64,000 bases of DNA from Sulfolobales archaeon. Its GTDB lineage: Archaea > Thermoproteota > Thermoprotei_A > Sulfolobales > AG1. The notes beneath the pieces are model-generated. The model was given only the letters and a program-made list of their open reading frames with translations, ran no database searches and was not told the origin of the DNA. Made by a program: the position numbers and the translations under genes. The stretch lies in the NCBI GenBank assembly GCA_038867615.1, contig JAWBYA010000002.1:288001-352000 (forward strand), read 5' to 3'. Shown here piece after piece: positions 9,857 through 20,268 of the stretch (the first letter of the stretch is position 1; every line of letters starts with the position of its first letter).

Positions 9857-10747
9857 CTAGCCACCTTTGAGGCTTTTCACCTGATCTATTAAGTGATCTA
9901 TCTTGCTTATAAGTATATCTATAGCTTGGAGCGCTATGGTCTTAACACTCAGCTGACCAGCTGATTCGTAGAACAATATATACTCGTCGGATCTCGGTTT
10001 CACATCTATCGACTCTGGAGGGCATTTCTTGACACACTGCATGCACAGAGTACACTTATATACATCACTCACCTCTATCCTACCCTCCTCTTTATTGAAA
10101 CTCAGGATCTTTACAGGACATACCTCAACACATTTCTCAGCCTCTGAAAACATATCCTCAGAAACCCTGTTTGTAGATATGTTGGCAACATACCTGGTCC
10201 CAGCAACCGTTACCGGGCTCCACTTAATATGCTCAATACCTCTTCCAAGCCTTATCCTCGCATCAAAAGCTATCCTCTGGCCAGGACCTATCACTGTTAT
10301 AGGGATCTCCGGGTATGAGGGTCTTATATCAGGATCATCTGTCCTCAGATCCCCTGCACGAACCACTATGGGTTCAGACCCAGCCTCTCCCTGGAACCTC
10401 ATTATGGTGAAGCAACCCCCGCATTCTTTAGACATCTCCTCAGGAGTCATCCCAGAGGGTTCCTGGAAGCATCTATAACACTCATCAGGGGATCGGAGCT
10501 TTATGAGAGCATCCTCCGAGAGTATCGGTAGCATAGCAAGCCTGTGAGCTATTATTTCATCATATATCGGGGTATTGTTCTCATAAAATATAACATCCTC
10601 AACAGCTGCTGTCGGAACTTCTAGCTGCATGATCCTCCTAACAGCGTTAAGCACAGGAAGCGGTATACCTCTTACCACCAGCTCTACGGATATCTCGTCT
10701 CTCCTAAGAACATCTACCTCTATTTTGCCAAAACCCTGTGCAGGCAA
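9857..10747 (-). CDS. rpoD: RNA polymerase subunit D (Rpo3) with ferredoxin-like Fe-S domain
   Basis: NAVRRIMQLEVPT, DEIIAHRLAMLP, GRGIEHIKWSP, CVEVCP...CTLCMQCVKKC. TTG start. Confidence 0.96.
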   Translation of the reverse strand: MPAQGFGKIEVDVLRRDEISVELVVRGIPLPVLNAVRRIMQLEVPTAAVEDVIFYENNTPIYDEIIAHRLAMLPILSEDALIKLRSPDECYRCFQEPSGMTPEEMSKECGGCFTIMRFQGEAGSEPIVVRAGDLRTDDPDIRPSYPEIPITVIGPGQRIAFDARIRLGRGIEHIKWSPVTVAGTRYVANISTNRVSEDMFSEAEKCVEVCPVKILSFNKEEGRIEVSDVYKCTLCMQCVKKCPPESIDVKPRSDEYILFYESAGQLSVKTIALQAIDILISKIDHLIDQVKSLKGG

Positions 10748-10756
10748 CGCGGATCC

Positions 10757-11158
10757 CTAGACCCTCCTACCCCTTCTACCACCAGGTCTTCTAGTAGTAT
10801 CGTGGGGTATTGGTGTCACATCCTCTATTCTCCCAATAACAAAGCCAGCCCTGGCTAAAGCCCTTATAGCCGGCTGTGCCCCCGGACCAGGTGTCTTTGG
10901 TCCATGACCACCGGGGGCTCTTACCTTAATATGGATTGCTGTGAAACCCTTCTCCATAGCCTCCTGGGCTACTTTATAAGCAACCATCATTGCTGCATAT
11001 GGAGACGGCTTCTCCCTATCAGCCTTAACCACAACACCACCCGAGCCCTTAGCTATTGTCTCGGCTCCCGAGAGGTCTGTTATATGCACATGCGTGTTGT
11101 TGAAAGAAGCATATATATGGGCTATACCCCATCTAAGCTCTCTAGAAGCCAGCGACAT
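10757..11158 (-). CDS. rps11: 30S ribosomal protein S11 (uS11)
   Basis: [27 protein letters not shown]. Confidence 0.98.
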   Translation of the reverse strand: MSLASRELRWGIAHIYASFNNTHVHITDLSGAETIAKGSGGVVVKADREKPSPYAAMMVAYKVAQEAMEKGFTAIHIKVRAPGGHGPKTPGPGAQPAIRALARAGFVIGRIEDVTPIPHDTTRRPGGRRGRRV

Positions 11159-11162
11159 GTTC

Positions 11163-11657
11163 TCACCCAGCCTCTGCGACTCTTGCTCTGTAGAAGCCTA
11201 TAAGTTCCTCCTCATCTCTCGATACCAGATGGCCAGGTGATGTAACCCTCCTCCCGGCTATTGCTATATGTCCGTGGACTATGAGCTGTCTAGCAGCATG
11301 GATGCTCTTTGCAAGACCTTTTTTATAAACCATGGTTTGGAGTCTTCTCTCAAGAACATCGCTTATGCCTATCCCCAGTATATCGTCTAGAGATGCTGTG
11401 GAGCTCTTTAGAAGCCCCATGTGGTATAGCTTGTTTACAAGCTCAGCCTCCTCCTTAGCCCTAACATCTGGCGGAAGTGCTAGTAGAGATCTAGCCCTAG
11501 CCCTTATTCTTCTCAGAAGCGTCTGGGCTCTCCAGATCTCCCTCTTATTCCTCAAACCATACTCACCCATAAGCTTCATCTCCTCCTCAAGCCTAGTCTT
11601 GATCCATGGGTGGCCTGGTCTCTCCCACTTCTTCCTAGACTTCTTCGGATCACCCAT
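11163..11657 (-). CDS. rps4: 30S ribosomal protein S4 (uS4)
   Basis: [32 protein letters not shown]. Confidence 0.97.
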   Translation of the reverse strand: MGDPKKSRKKWERPGHPWIKTRLEEEMKLMGEYGLRNKREIWRAQTLLRRIRARARSLLALPPDVRAKEEAELVNKLYHMGLLKSSTASLDDILGIGISDVLERRLQTMVYKKGLAKSIHAARQLIVHGHIAIAGRRVTSPGHLVSRDEEELIGFYRARVAEAG

Positions 11658-11670
11658 AGTGCTCACCAGC

Positions 11671-12135
11671 CTATTTCTGCTGTTGTCCCTCTTTCTTCTT
11701 TCTAACGCCTACCGTGATCCCTGTCCTACCTGTAGTGGCTGTCCTCTGACCCCTCACCTTAAGACCCAGAGCATGCCTTATCCCTTTCCAGCTCTTGGTT
11801 CTCTTCATCCTCTCAATATCCTCTCTAACTACGAGCAGAAGATCGCTTCCAACGAGATGGATATCTTTCCCACTCTCTAGATCCTTCCTCCTATTAAGCA
11901 TCCATGATGGAAAACCAAATGCAGCTAGATCCTTAACAGCAGCCTCTATCTTTGATAATGTCTCCTGATCAAGCCTCCCAAGCTTAGCCCTGGGATCTAT
12001 GCCGAGGCTCTTACAAATAGCAAGAGCAGTATTATACCCAATACCCTTGATTCTAGATAGTGCTAACGGCACCGGAAGCATCCCAGGGAGATCCGTGTTA
12101 ACGATTCTAACTATAAAAGCCGTCTCCTCGCTCAC
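11671..12135 (-). CDS. rps13: 30S ribosomal protein S13 (uS13)
   Basis: [22 protein letters not shown]. Likely GTG start at 12135 rather than 12156. Confidence 0.96.
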   Translation of the reverse strand: MSEETAFIVRIVNTDLPGMLPVPLALSRIKGIGYNTALAICKSLGIDPRAKLGRLDQETLSKIEAAVKDLAAFGFPSWMLNRRKDLESGKDIHLVGSDLLLVVREDIERMKRTKSWKGIRHALGLKVRGQRTATTGRTGITVGVRKKKEGQQQK

Positions 12136-12271
12136 ACACACCACACTAATACACATATAGCGAAGAGGATTATAAGCATGTCAACCGAGCGAGACGCCAC
12201 AGATCTAGAGAAACCGCATGATAATGTTAAGCAGTATATTCTATAGGCCTCAAACCAGAGACCTATTATAA

Positions 12272-12285
12272 CAAAAGCTATAAAC
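12272..12285 (+). promoter_or_regulatory. BRE/TATA-like promoter of the tRNA gene
   Basis: CAAAAG-CTATAAA about 25-30 nt upstream of the tRNA 5' end. Confidence 0.55.
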
Positions 12286-12309
12286 CCCCAAGAATACCAC
12301 CATATAGAG

Positions 12310-12383
<74 letters not shown>

Positions 12384-12390
12384 TCTCTAG

Positions 12391-12710
12391 GTTCAGGCTT
12401 CATAACAGTTGTCTCTTTTTAATCAACTGGTTTTCCTTGGCTTCACCGGCCCCAGGGATCCTTTCATTGGAGCCCTTATCACTGGCCTCCACCCATCCAG
12501 AGAAACCACAAACCCACAGCCCCCCTTCATAGCTTTGCTCTGGTTCATTGCTGTGGGGAAACCCCCATCTCAGCTCAACCGTAAAATAACAGAACTTATA
12601 CTATGTTCCACAGAGACAAACCCGATATAAACCCCTATAAACCCTCATGAAACGCGAAACAGCTGGCTCTGGCTTGAGAAAATGTTGACTAGGAGCAGGA
12701 AGCTTGGATC
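12391..12710 (-). mobile_element. Non-autonomous repeat element copy C, 7 bp downstream of the tRNA
   Basis: Right end GTTCAGGCTTCAT on the plus strand. Internal blocks are shared with copies B and D. Degenerate left end AGGAAGCTTGGATC at 12697-12710. Confidence 0.78.
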
Positions 12711-12752
12711 GTTATCCGCGTAATGCTATCAGCAAAGTTGCTTGTTGGTAGC

Positions 12753-14222
12753 CTATATTCTTCTTCTAAGCCTGGGATCTACCACAGGTTCTAGTGCTAA
12801 TGCTATCAGCACGAATGTCACTGCTGATAGTACTATTAATAGTCCTGGCGGTAATATCCACCACCATGCGATAGACACCGCGCCTTTGTCAAGTACTCTC
12901 GATAATATCTGCCCCCATGTTGGGATGCTAGGATCTCCCAGCCCTAGTAGGCTTAGCCCCGCCTCTGTCAATATCGCGGTTGGGACGAAGAATATCATCT
13001 GCGCGACTGTATATGGCATCACCTGGGGGATTATGTGTTTAAATATTATTCTTGTGTTCGATGCTCCAAGCGCTCTTGCCGCCTCTACGTATTGCTCTGC
13101 CTTTATAGATAGAACCATGGATCTTATTATGATCGCTAACCCAGCCCATCCAAACACTATGAGAGTTGCGATAATGATCTGGAGCCTTAGATAGGTTGGG
13201 GTTATGAATGTGAAGAGTATCAACAATGGTAAGAGGGGTATGTTGCCAAGGATATCTGCTGTTCTCTGAACAACCTCGTCGAGGATCCCTCCGTAGTACC
13301 CGGAGAACACGCCTAGGATCATGCCTATTACTGAGACCAAGGCTGATGTTACAAATCCTATTGCAAGGGCTACAGGGAAGCCGAAGAGAAGGGCTTGAGC
13401 CAGATCTCTTCCATCGAAATCCGTACCCATAATGCCATATGCCCTCCCAACCACGGCTAGGGATACCATGTCAACGGAATCTTGGGGGCTTGTTAACTGG
13501 ATCTCGACGGTAAATCTATATATACCATTAAGGGGTTCTAGAGACGATATATTACCAGGAGATGTTGGGGCGCCGAACATAACCCTCTCAACACCGATTT
13601 GAGCTAGATCCGCAGGGTTTATCGATAGCCCATATCTAGTTGATAAGAAGCTTGAGAGCTGACTAGCGATATACATATTACCATAGGCGTTGACATCCTT
13701 AGGAACAGGTGTATAGATCTTCTGACCCGCCAGCTCCTGCGGGATCCTTATTATTTCGAAATAGAGCTGATTAATCCTCCCATCAGGCCTCTCTAAAGAG
13801 ACGCTCAGGACAACCGGGATGCTTGGATTCCTCACCTGAATACCATAGATCGCTATCCTCACGTTCTGAGGATAAGTAGGGCTCTCATAGCTATATGTGA
13901 AGGTGTATGTCATAACCCTGACCTGATAGCCCCCATAGTTTAGCACCCTATCGCTTGAAGGCTGTTCGAGCTTTGTAACTGTGTGGGGTAGGAGAGACCT
14001 ATCGAATAGAGCTCTATACCAGTCGGGAGGCACCATTTTGGGGTAGTCCTTCCAGTAATCGCTATTGCTCCACACTCTTGTACCATAGTCTAGGGGCATT
14101 GTTAGCAGTGTATATATAGATGCGAGCACCATTAATCCTAAAAATACTATTCCTACCCTTCCTGTCCATGCCCTCCACACCAGCAGGAAAACCTCACCCA
14201 GTTTGGCTGACTGGAGTGACAT
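12753..14222 (-). CDS. Peptide/nickel ABC transporter permease (DppC/OppC-like) with large extracytoplasmic insertion
   Basis: MGTDFDGRD, EAA loop YVEAARALGAS, EAGLSLLGLG, WWWILPPG. Confidence 0.9.
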   Translation of the reverse strand: MSLQSAKLGEVFLLVWRAWTGRVGIVFLGLMVLASIYTLLTMPLDYGTRVWSNSDYWKDYPKMVPPDWYRALFDRSLLPHTVTKLEQPSSDRVLNYGGYQVRVMTYTFTYSYESPTYPQNVRIAIYGIQVRNPSIPVVLSVSLERPDGRINQLYFEIIRIPQELAGQKIYTPVPKDVNAYGNMYIASQLSSFLSTRYGLSINPADLAQIGVERVMFGAPTSPGNISSLEPLNGIYRFTVEIQLTSPQDSVDMVSLAVVGRAYGIMGTDFDGRDLAQALLFGFPVALAIGFVTSALVSVIGMILGVFSGYYGGILDEVVQRTADILGNIPLLPLLILFTFITPTYLRLQIIIATLIVFGWAGLAIIIRSMVLSIKAEQYVEAARALGASNTRIIFKHIIPQVMPYTVAQMIFFVPTAILTEAGLSLLGLGDPSIPTWGQILSRVLDKGAVSIAWWWILPPGLLIVLSAVTFVLIALALEPVVDPRLRRRI

Positions 14223-15277
14223 TAGTACCTCACCCTGGGGTCGAGGAATATGTATAAGATCTCTAGGATCATTCTAGCGATCACATAGATCATTGCGGTT
14301 ATATATGTAAGCCCAAGTATTATTGTTAGCTCCTGAGCCCCGATGGCATCGTAGAAAAGCCTCCCAAGCCCTGGCCAGTTGAATATCGTCTCTGTAAGTA
14401 TAGCTCCTCCAAGAGAGCCCGCCAGACCAAGTATAGCGTTGGTAGCTATTGGTGGAGCTGCTGCTCTCATTATATAGCCCCTCATGATAACCCTATCGGG
14501 AAGACCCTTTGCCTTCGCAACATATACGAAGTCCTCCTCAACAACCCTTATCACTATAGCCCTTGTTATATATATCCAAACACCTGATGTGGCTATTACA
14601 AAAGTTATTATTGGCAGTGCAGCGTGGCTAGCCATGTCGAGGAACCTCCCAACAGGATCTGCCGGCGGGTTTGGCGATAAAAGACCAGTTGGAGGTGGGA
14701 ATATCGGTATCCTGTAGACAAACACATATATTAAGAGCAATCCGAGCCACCATGCGGGAAGCGCATAGGATATAGCTGAGTAGAGGCTGAAGAACCTGTC
14801 TAGAACCCCTCCCCTTCTAAAGGCGAGAGCCGTACCAAGCACTAGCCCGAGGATTATGTTTATCACAGTTGCTGTTGTTAGGAACATGATTGTTGGCGGT
14901 ATTCTTTCAAGTATTATATCCCTAACATTATTGGATCCTGTGAAAGAGGTTATAGTCCCTGTCCTACCTAGATCGAGTTTGAGTATTGTTAGAGCCAGAG
15001 GAATAATCCTCTCATACCATGGCCTATCGAGACCATACGCTCTCACAAGCTCTTCTCTATACTTGGTAATCAGTGCTTCTATCTCACTCTGGTTAAGGGC
15101 ACCCCCAGCAGCTCTCTGTCTTAAAGCCTGGCTATAGGCTCTCACATCCTCATTAACTATCGCGCTGAGAACCTTGTCAGATGTTGGGCCAAGTATGATT
15201 GCTGTAACAAGCACAATACCTATAAGAGTTGCCGTGAGGGTTATAGCCCTTATTGCCAGGACTCGCGTGAGCCCCAT
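14222..15277 (-). CDS. Peptide ABC transporter permease (DppB/OppB-like)
   Basis: YGLDRP, DLG, AKAKGL, GAILTETIFNWPGLG. Confidence 0.92.
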   Translation of the reverse strand: MGLTRVLAIRAITLTATLIGIVLVTAIILGPTSDKVLSAIVNEDVRAYSQALRQRAAGGALNQSEIEALITKYREELVRAYGLDRPWYERIIPLALTILKLDLGRTGTITSFTGSNNVRDIILERIPPTIMFLTTATVINIILGLVLGTALAFRRGGVLDRFFSLYSAISYALPAWWLGLLLIYVFVYRIPIFPPPTGLLSPNPPADPVGRFLDMASHAALPIITFVIATSGVWIYITRAIVIRVVEEDFVYVAKAKGLPDRVIMRGYIMRAAAPPIATNAILGLAGSLGGAILTETIFNWPGLGRLFYDAIGAQELTIILGLTYITAMIYVIARMILEILYIFLDPRVRY

Positions 15278-15359
15278 AATTGCACCAAACCATATGTATT
15301 ATCGTGTGCAGGGTATTAAGGAGAAAAAAGTTTTCTTTTTATAATATGTGGATCTTTCA

Positions 15360-18326
15360 TCACTTTCTTCTCATAAACACCAATGCTATAGTTACGATCT
15401 GGAGGATTACTAGGAATATTACTATATACATGAGAGTATTAACAGTATCCCTCAAATCCCTCACGCTGGCTTGAAGCGCAGATACTGTCTGTGACTGTTG
15501 CGAGGCGAATGTGTCAATCTTGTTGCTCACAGTATCTATCTTGGATGACAGGGTGCCGCCTAGGTTATTAACAGCTGTACCTAGATTGTTTACAGCACTA
15601 CCCAGCTGGGATATACTGTTACCAACAGCTGTACCTAGCTGGGATATACTGTTGCTCACCGCTGCTAAGCCTGCAGCGCTTGAAGCATTTATAGCCTGGA
15701 TCGCTTGCTGGAGATTCGCCACGGTTTCTTGAACGCTCTTCTGGAGGTTAGAGATCTCCTGCTCTATTGGGGCTGTAATGATCCCTGGATCGAAGACGCT
15801 TATGAACAGCGTTCTTGTGTCTACGAACGCTACTGCATCGCTATAAGCTATCACCGTAAGTTCGTATGGGAATCTTGCTGTTAGATCCCTTGTTAGTGTG
15901 GCTGGAAGTGCTATCACGAATCTAGACCCTGTTGCGAGGCTTCCCTGACCAACAGCTATGATCTGTCCTGTGACTGAGTCTCTCAATATATATTTAACAA
16001 ACAACGGCGGAGGACCGTTGAGGTCAACCAGCACGCTTGCCTCCTGCCCTCTCACAACCTGTGGGACGCCTATGTTCTCTACCCTAACAATCCTGGGCTC
16101 GCCAAATACCCATTTGCCTGGGGAGAACGGGTATGTCGGATCCCTGAAAGCCCTTAGCTCGGCTGACTGTGCCTCGGCTGAGAAGCTTGTAAGCATATAC
16201 GGTCCATTGCTTATCCATGCATTTCCGTAGGTTGCTATCCATGAGAGTGCAGCCCTATACCTAGCAGCAGCTTCATCTGGTGTTGCATATTGCTTGTTAC
16301 CTACGGTGAATACATTGGCTGGGAAGTATCTCTGGGTTGAGAATGTTTGAAGGGTTGAAGCTACATCAGCAACATGGCCAGATAGAACAAGGTTAAGCTG
16401 TGGAACCCTCTTGGCTGTTGCTGCTGATGTTGAGTATGCATAGGAACCCCTGGTGAACACGAGATGATCTTCCGCCAGAACTAGCTCGAATGGTAGATAG
16501 ATGTTTATAGTTGCAAAGCTAGCTATATATGCTGGTTCGAAGTGCCAGTAGTTCAGGTAGACCTCAAGCCTCTTGTTAGCCTCATCTATTCTATAACCAA
16601 CTATAGTATCAAGGGTAGACCTCCATAGAGAAGCCACAGCAGGCTCGGAAGCAGCCTTCGTAGCGTTATAGGTTATGTCGAAGAACTGGTAGAGCTGCGC
16701 CAACACATCAGCCCATGTGATCGTTATGTTGTGATGCCACCTAGCACCAATATAGTTAGACATGTCGAACACAACTTTGCTAGTAGCCTTAACACCAGGC
16801 CCGACAAGCTTCCACGCACCCCTCGATGCGTCCCATATAAATGCGTCGGAGGGCACGTCTAGCTTGCCTGTGGGACCTGCTGTCTGCACATCAAACGATG
16901 ATCTGAATGGTATTGGAAGCCCGTTGAATGGATGGAACCATGTCATGGGATCCCATGTACCATACATAACATCAACGCTATAGACATCCTGGAAGCCGCC
17001 TACCTGGTTCCACACTGTTCGTGCTGTGTATACCCAAAGATGACCCAGGTTAAGCGTCGTCTTGCCAGGTGCTCTCATCTCCCTCAGGCTCCACAGACCC
17101 CTCAGTCCCGCACCGACATCGTTGGTGTATCCCCTTATATCTGCTCTCAGGACATAGCTATCAAGTCTCGTAGCAACCCAAGCCCTCACACCTTCAGCTA
17201 TGCATAGCTCGACTCCTTTTCTATACAGGGAATCTCTATCCTCCTTGCTTGTGAAGTTACCACTATAGATCCTCTCTGTTATATCATCCAGAGTCGCATT
17301 CCTATAGTTCCAGAACGTAGCCTCAGCCCAGCCTGGCATGTAGCCGTACCAGGGGGCGCAGAACTGGGCTATGGATGCTGAGTCATACTTACTTATACCG
17401 GTCTTACCCCATCCTTCTGTATATATGTGCCACTTAAACTCTGCAGGATCTGTCCCGTATACCGTATCTATAGCCGGACCGAAGGTCATGTATAGCCTGT
17501 TAACCCTGAAGCCCAGGGTTTCAAGAGCTGTTGCCAGCTGATCTCCTACATCTCTCCTCTCATCCTCTACCCTTATTATAAAGTTAATCTGTACCGGGGT
17601 TCCTCCATAGCTCCACACACCGCCCACTTTCTGGAACCCTGCTTTGGTGAGCGCGCTGGCAACGATCTGCTCTGCAAGTTGTGGATTATATGCGAACTTA
17701 TACCTAAGCACTATATCGGAGATCAGTGGAAAATCTGGATCATATGAAGATAGGAATGTATACATAGGAGACGCCGAACCCCTATAGATCGTGCTAACTA
17801 TGTTATCCCTGTCTATCAGATAGTTCATCGCGACCCTGACATCTTTGAATGCAAATGGATTGGCGCCCTTGCCAGGATATGCTCCATACTCAACAAAAGT
17901 CTGACCCTTATCGGGATCATAGTAAACATTAACTATAGCCTCTGCAGATCCTCCTGTAAGCCTGGCAAGCTCGCTTAAAGATCTTCTAGTCTGATCACCA
18001 GATAGATTTGCTATATAGACAGGCGCCGGGTTGAATATAAAGTCTACAAGACCTGCGGGCGCGTTGAGCACCCTCAGGCTGGGATCCCTTTTAAGAACCT
18101 CTGCAGTAGCGGGAGGTATACCTCCGTATAGATAGACATCAATCCTTCCTGCCTGAAATGCCTGGGCAACCTCTGTTACTGGTACCCTCTGGATCCTTAG
18201 GGTATCTGTTGCAGGCCCTTTAACCACCTGAGCATCTACTTGAAGGATCGATAATGACATTGATACCGATGCTGTCAAGATCATTATTGGTAGTATATAT
18301 ATAGCTATTCTTTGCCACACATTCAT
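15360..18326 (-). CDS. Family 5 ABC peptide-binding protein with signal peptide, coiled-coil stalk and C-terminal membrane anchor
   Basis: N-terminal hydrophobic signal, NPFAFKDVRVAMNYLIDR, ISNGPYML, heptad/hendecad C-terminal region, TM helix followed by RRK. Adjacent to two permeases. Confidence 0.88.
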   Translation of the reverse strand: MNVWQRIAIYILPIMILTASVSMSLSILQVDAQVVKGPATDTLRIQRVPVTEVAQAFQAGRIDVYLYGGIPPATAEVLKRDPSLRVLNAPAGLVDFIFNPAPVYIANLSGDQTRRSLSELARLTGGSAEAIVNVYYDPDKGQTFVEYGAYPGKGANPFAFKDVRVAMNYLIDRDNIVSTIYRGSASPMYTFLSSYDPDFPLISDIVLRYKFAYNPQLAEQIVASALTKAGFQKVGGVWSYGGTPVQINFIIRVEDERRDVGDQLATALETLGFRVNRLYMTFGPAIDTVYGTDPAEFKWHIYTEGWGKTGISKYDSASIAQFCAPWYGYMPGWAEATFWNYRNATLDDITERIYSGNFTSKEDRDSLYRKGVELCIAEGVRAWVATRLDSYVLRADIRGYTNDVGAGLRGLWSLREMRAPGKTTLNLGHLWVYTARTVWNQVGGFQDVYSVDVMYGTWDPMTWFHPFNGLPIPFRSSFDVQTAGPTGKLDVPSDAFIWDASRGAWKLVGPGVKATSKVVFDMSNYIGARWHHNITITWADVLAQLYQFFDITYNATKAASEPAVASLWRSTLDTIVGYRIDEANKRLEVYLNYWHFEPAYIASFATINIYLPFELVLAEDHLVFTRGSYAYSTSAATAKRVPQLNLVLSGHVADVASTLQTFSTQRYFPANVFTVGNKQYATPDEAAARYRAALSWIATYGNAWISNGPYMLTSFSAEAQSAELRAFRDPTYPFSPGKWVFGEPRIVRVENIGVPQVVRGQEASVLVDLNGPPPLFVKYILRDSVTGQIIAVGQGSLATGSRFVIALPATLTRDLTARFPYELTVIAYSDAVAFVDTRTLFISVFDPGIITAPIEQEISNLQKSVQETVANLQQAIQAINASSAAGLAAVSNSISQLGTAVGNSISQLGSAVNNLGTAVNNLGGTLSSKIDTVSNKIDTFASQQSQTVSALQASVRDLRDTVNTLMYIVIFLVILQIVTIALVFMRRK
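15557..15660 (-). repeat. Intragenic imperfect tandem repeats (33-nt and 21-nt units) encoding the stalk
   Basis: AGCTGGGATATACTGTT occurs twice, 33 nt apart. Protein reads VSNSISQLGTA-VGNSISQLGSA-VNNLGTA-VNNLGG. Confidence 0.8.
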
Positions 18327-18517
18327 CTAAAACACACCATCATCACTCACTACTCTAAGGGGTTAATATATTTGAATAACCACAACATAATTTTCTAGGA
18401 GAACTATAGAGCCAAAAATATATATATTTCCTATATTATTAAAATAGATCCTGGCTCTCCAGATCCTGAGGATAACCTTATATAAGGTTGCTATGATAGT
18501 TAGTTGGTGCACATCGC

Positions 18518-20176
18518 ATGGCCAAGTATGATGCTATAGTCATAGGTGCTGGACATAACGGGCTTGTGGCTGCATGCAATCTCGCAATGAGAGGGCTTAG
18601 AGTGGCTGTCTTTGAGAGAAATAGGTTTCTTGGGGGCATGGCCTCTTCGCCTGAGTTATGGCCTGGGTTTGCTGTCCCTATAGGCGCTTACGTGATAAGC
18701 CTTTTCAGGAGAGAGATCGCCGAGGAGCTTGGATTATTCGAGAGAGGTTTGAGAATAATACCAAAAGATCCCGGGTTGACTGTCTTTCTGGAGGGGGGAA
18801 AGGTTCTAAGCATATGGAGCGATTCTAAAAAGACCGCTAAGGAGATCTCGAGGATCTCTGAGAGAGACGCTGCTCAGTATGCTAGATGGAGCAAGTTCTG
18901 GGGATTTGTGGGAGCACTCCTAGATATTATATATATGAGTAAACCCCTCAGCCTTGAAGATACCCTGGAGCTTGCCAAGAAGGCTGTGAGTATTGCTAAG
19001 CATGGCGGAGAGGAGATCTCTAGATATGTTAACGACATCTCCTGGATTATTAGCGCACCAGCATCGAAGATCCTTGACGAGTATTTCGAGAGCGAGGAGG
19101 TTAAAGCAGCCCTCGTCGAGGACGCCCTAGTAGGTGAGATGATCTCTCCTAGCACCCCGGGATCCTCGATAGTCATGGCCCACCACTATATGGGGAACAT
19201 AACAGGGAATAGGGGTCAGTGGGGCTATGTAGAGGGTGGTATGGGATCCCTCTCAAAGATCCTTGCTAAGAGATGCTCAGAGCTTGGTGTCGAGATCCAT
19301 CTCGGAGTAGAGGTCGAGAGAATCGTTGTCACTAATGCTGGGTGGGTTAGGGGCGTTATAGCCGGTGGAAAGTTCTATGAATCCTGGATGGTTCTAAGCA
19401 GTGCTGATGTTAGGACAACAATGCTTAAGCTACTTGACCCCGAGGCTCCTGTTGATAAGGATCTTATTAGAAGGATTAAGAGCCTTAGGAGTGTCGGAGC
19501 CTCGTCAAAGATAGTTGTTGCCACAAGGAATCTTCCAAAACTTGTTGATAAATACTCGGGCTACGAGGATCTGGCATATAGATCCTCCGCAATAACGATC
19601 CCATCGATAGACTATGTCGAGAAAGCATACTCAGAAGCATTGATGGAGGGGATGAGCAGGAACCCCTGGGTCTCGGTAAACGTGCAGAGCTATTTAGATA
19701 GAACAGTAGCCCCAGAAGGATGGCACATAGCATCACTCTTTGTGCAATACACAAGTAGAAAGAGTCCTGGAAACTGGGGTGAGGAGGATAGAGAGAAGCT
19801 CGCTGAGAGAGTATTCACGGTGCTTGAGAACTACTATAGCGGCTTTAGGAAGAGCGCTGAGAAGATAATGATAATAACACCAAGGGATATCGAGGAAATG
19901 TTCCAAACACCAGGAGGAAATATCTTCCACATAAGCATGTCCCCAGACCAGCTATGGAGCAATAGACCAGATAGAGAGCTATCAAACTACAGAACACCAG
20001 TAAAAGGGCTCTACCTATGCGGCGCGGATACACACCCAGGAGGAGGGGTTAGCGGAGTACCAGGATACCTATGCTCAACAGAAGCCCTAATAGATGCCGG
20101 GATTGTTAGAAAGAAATTCAAATACCACGAAATACTCAGACTTGTGAAGGGAATCCTGTCGCTTAGAAGTTCGTGA
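18518..20176 (+). CDS. Phytoene dehydrogenase-like FAD-dependent oxidoreductase (PYROXD2-like)
   Basis: IGAGHNGLVAA, GGMG, TPRDIE, GGNIFH, GLYLCGADTHPGGGVSG. Confidence 0.88.
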   Translation: MAKYDAIVIGAGHNGLVAACNLAMRGLRVAVFERNRFLGGMASSPELWPGFAVPIGAYVISLFRREIAEELGLFERGLRIIPKDPGLTVFLEGGKVLSIWSDSKKTAKEISRISERDAAQYARWSKFWGFVGALLDIIYMSKPLSLEDTLELAKKAVSIAKHGGEEISRYVNDISWIISAPASKILDEYFESEEVKAALVEDALVGEMISPSTPGSSIVMAHHYMGNITGNRGQWGYVEGGMGSLSKILAKRCSELGVEIHLGVEVERIVVTNAGWVRGVIAGGKFYESWMVLSSADVRTTMLKLLDPEAPVDKDLIRRIKSLRSVGASSKIVVATRNLPKLVDKYSGYEDLAYRSSAITIPSIDYVEKAYSEALMEGMSRNPWVSVNVQSYLDRTVAPEGWHIASLFVQYTSRKSPGNWGEEDREKLAERVFTVLENYYSGFRKSAEKIMIITPRDIEEMFQTPGGNIFHISMSPDQLWSNRPDRELSNYRTPVKGLYLCGADTHPGGGVSGVPGYLCSTEALIDAGIVRKKFKYHEILRLVKGILSLRSS

Positions 20177-20268
20177 AGAACAACAAAAACCCCACTAAGT
20201 TTTAAACCGCTTTTCTTGCTAGCGGAAGTCTCCCTATCGATATAGATAATATAGATACCCCGCCCTTT

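Noticed and set aside
20206-20226. CCGCT..AGCGG hairpin with AACCGCTTTTC resembling part of repeat copy B
   Set aside because: The match is only about 11 nt. More simply a chance match or a terminator-region hairpin between convergent genes.
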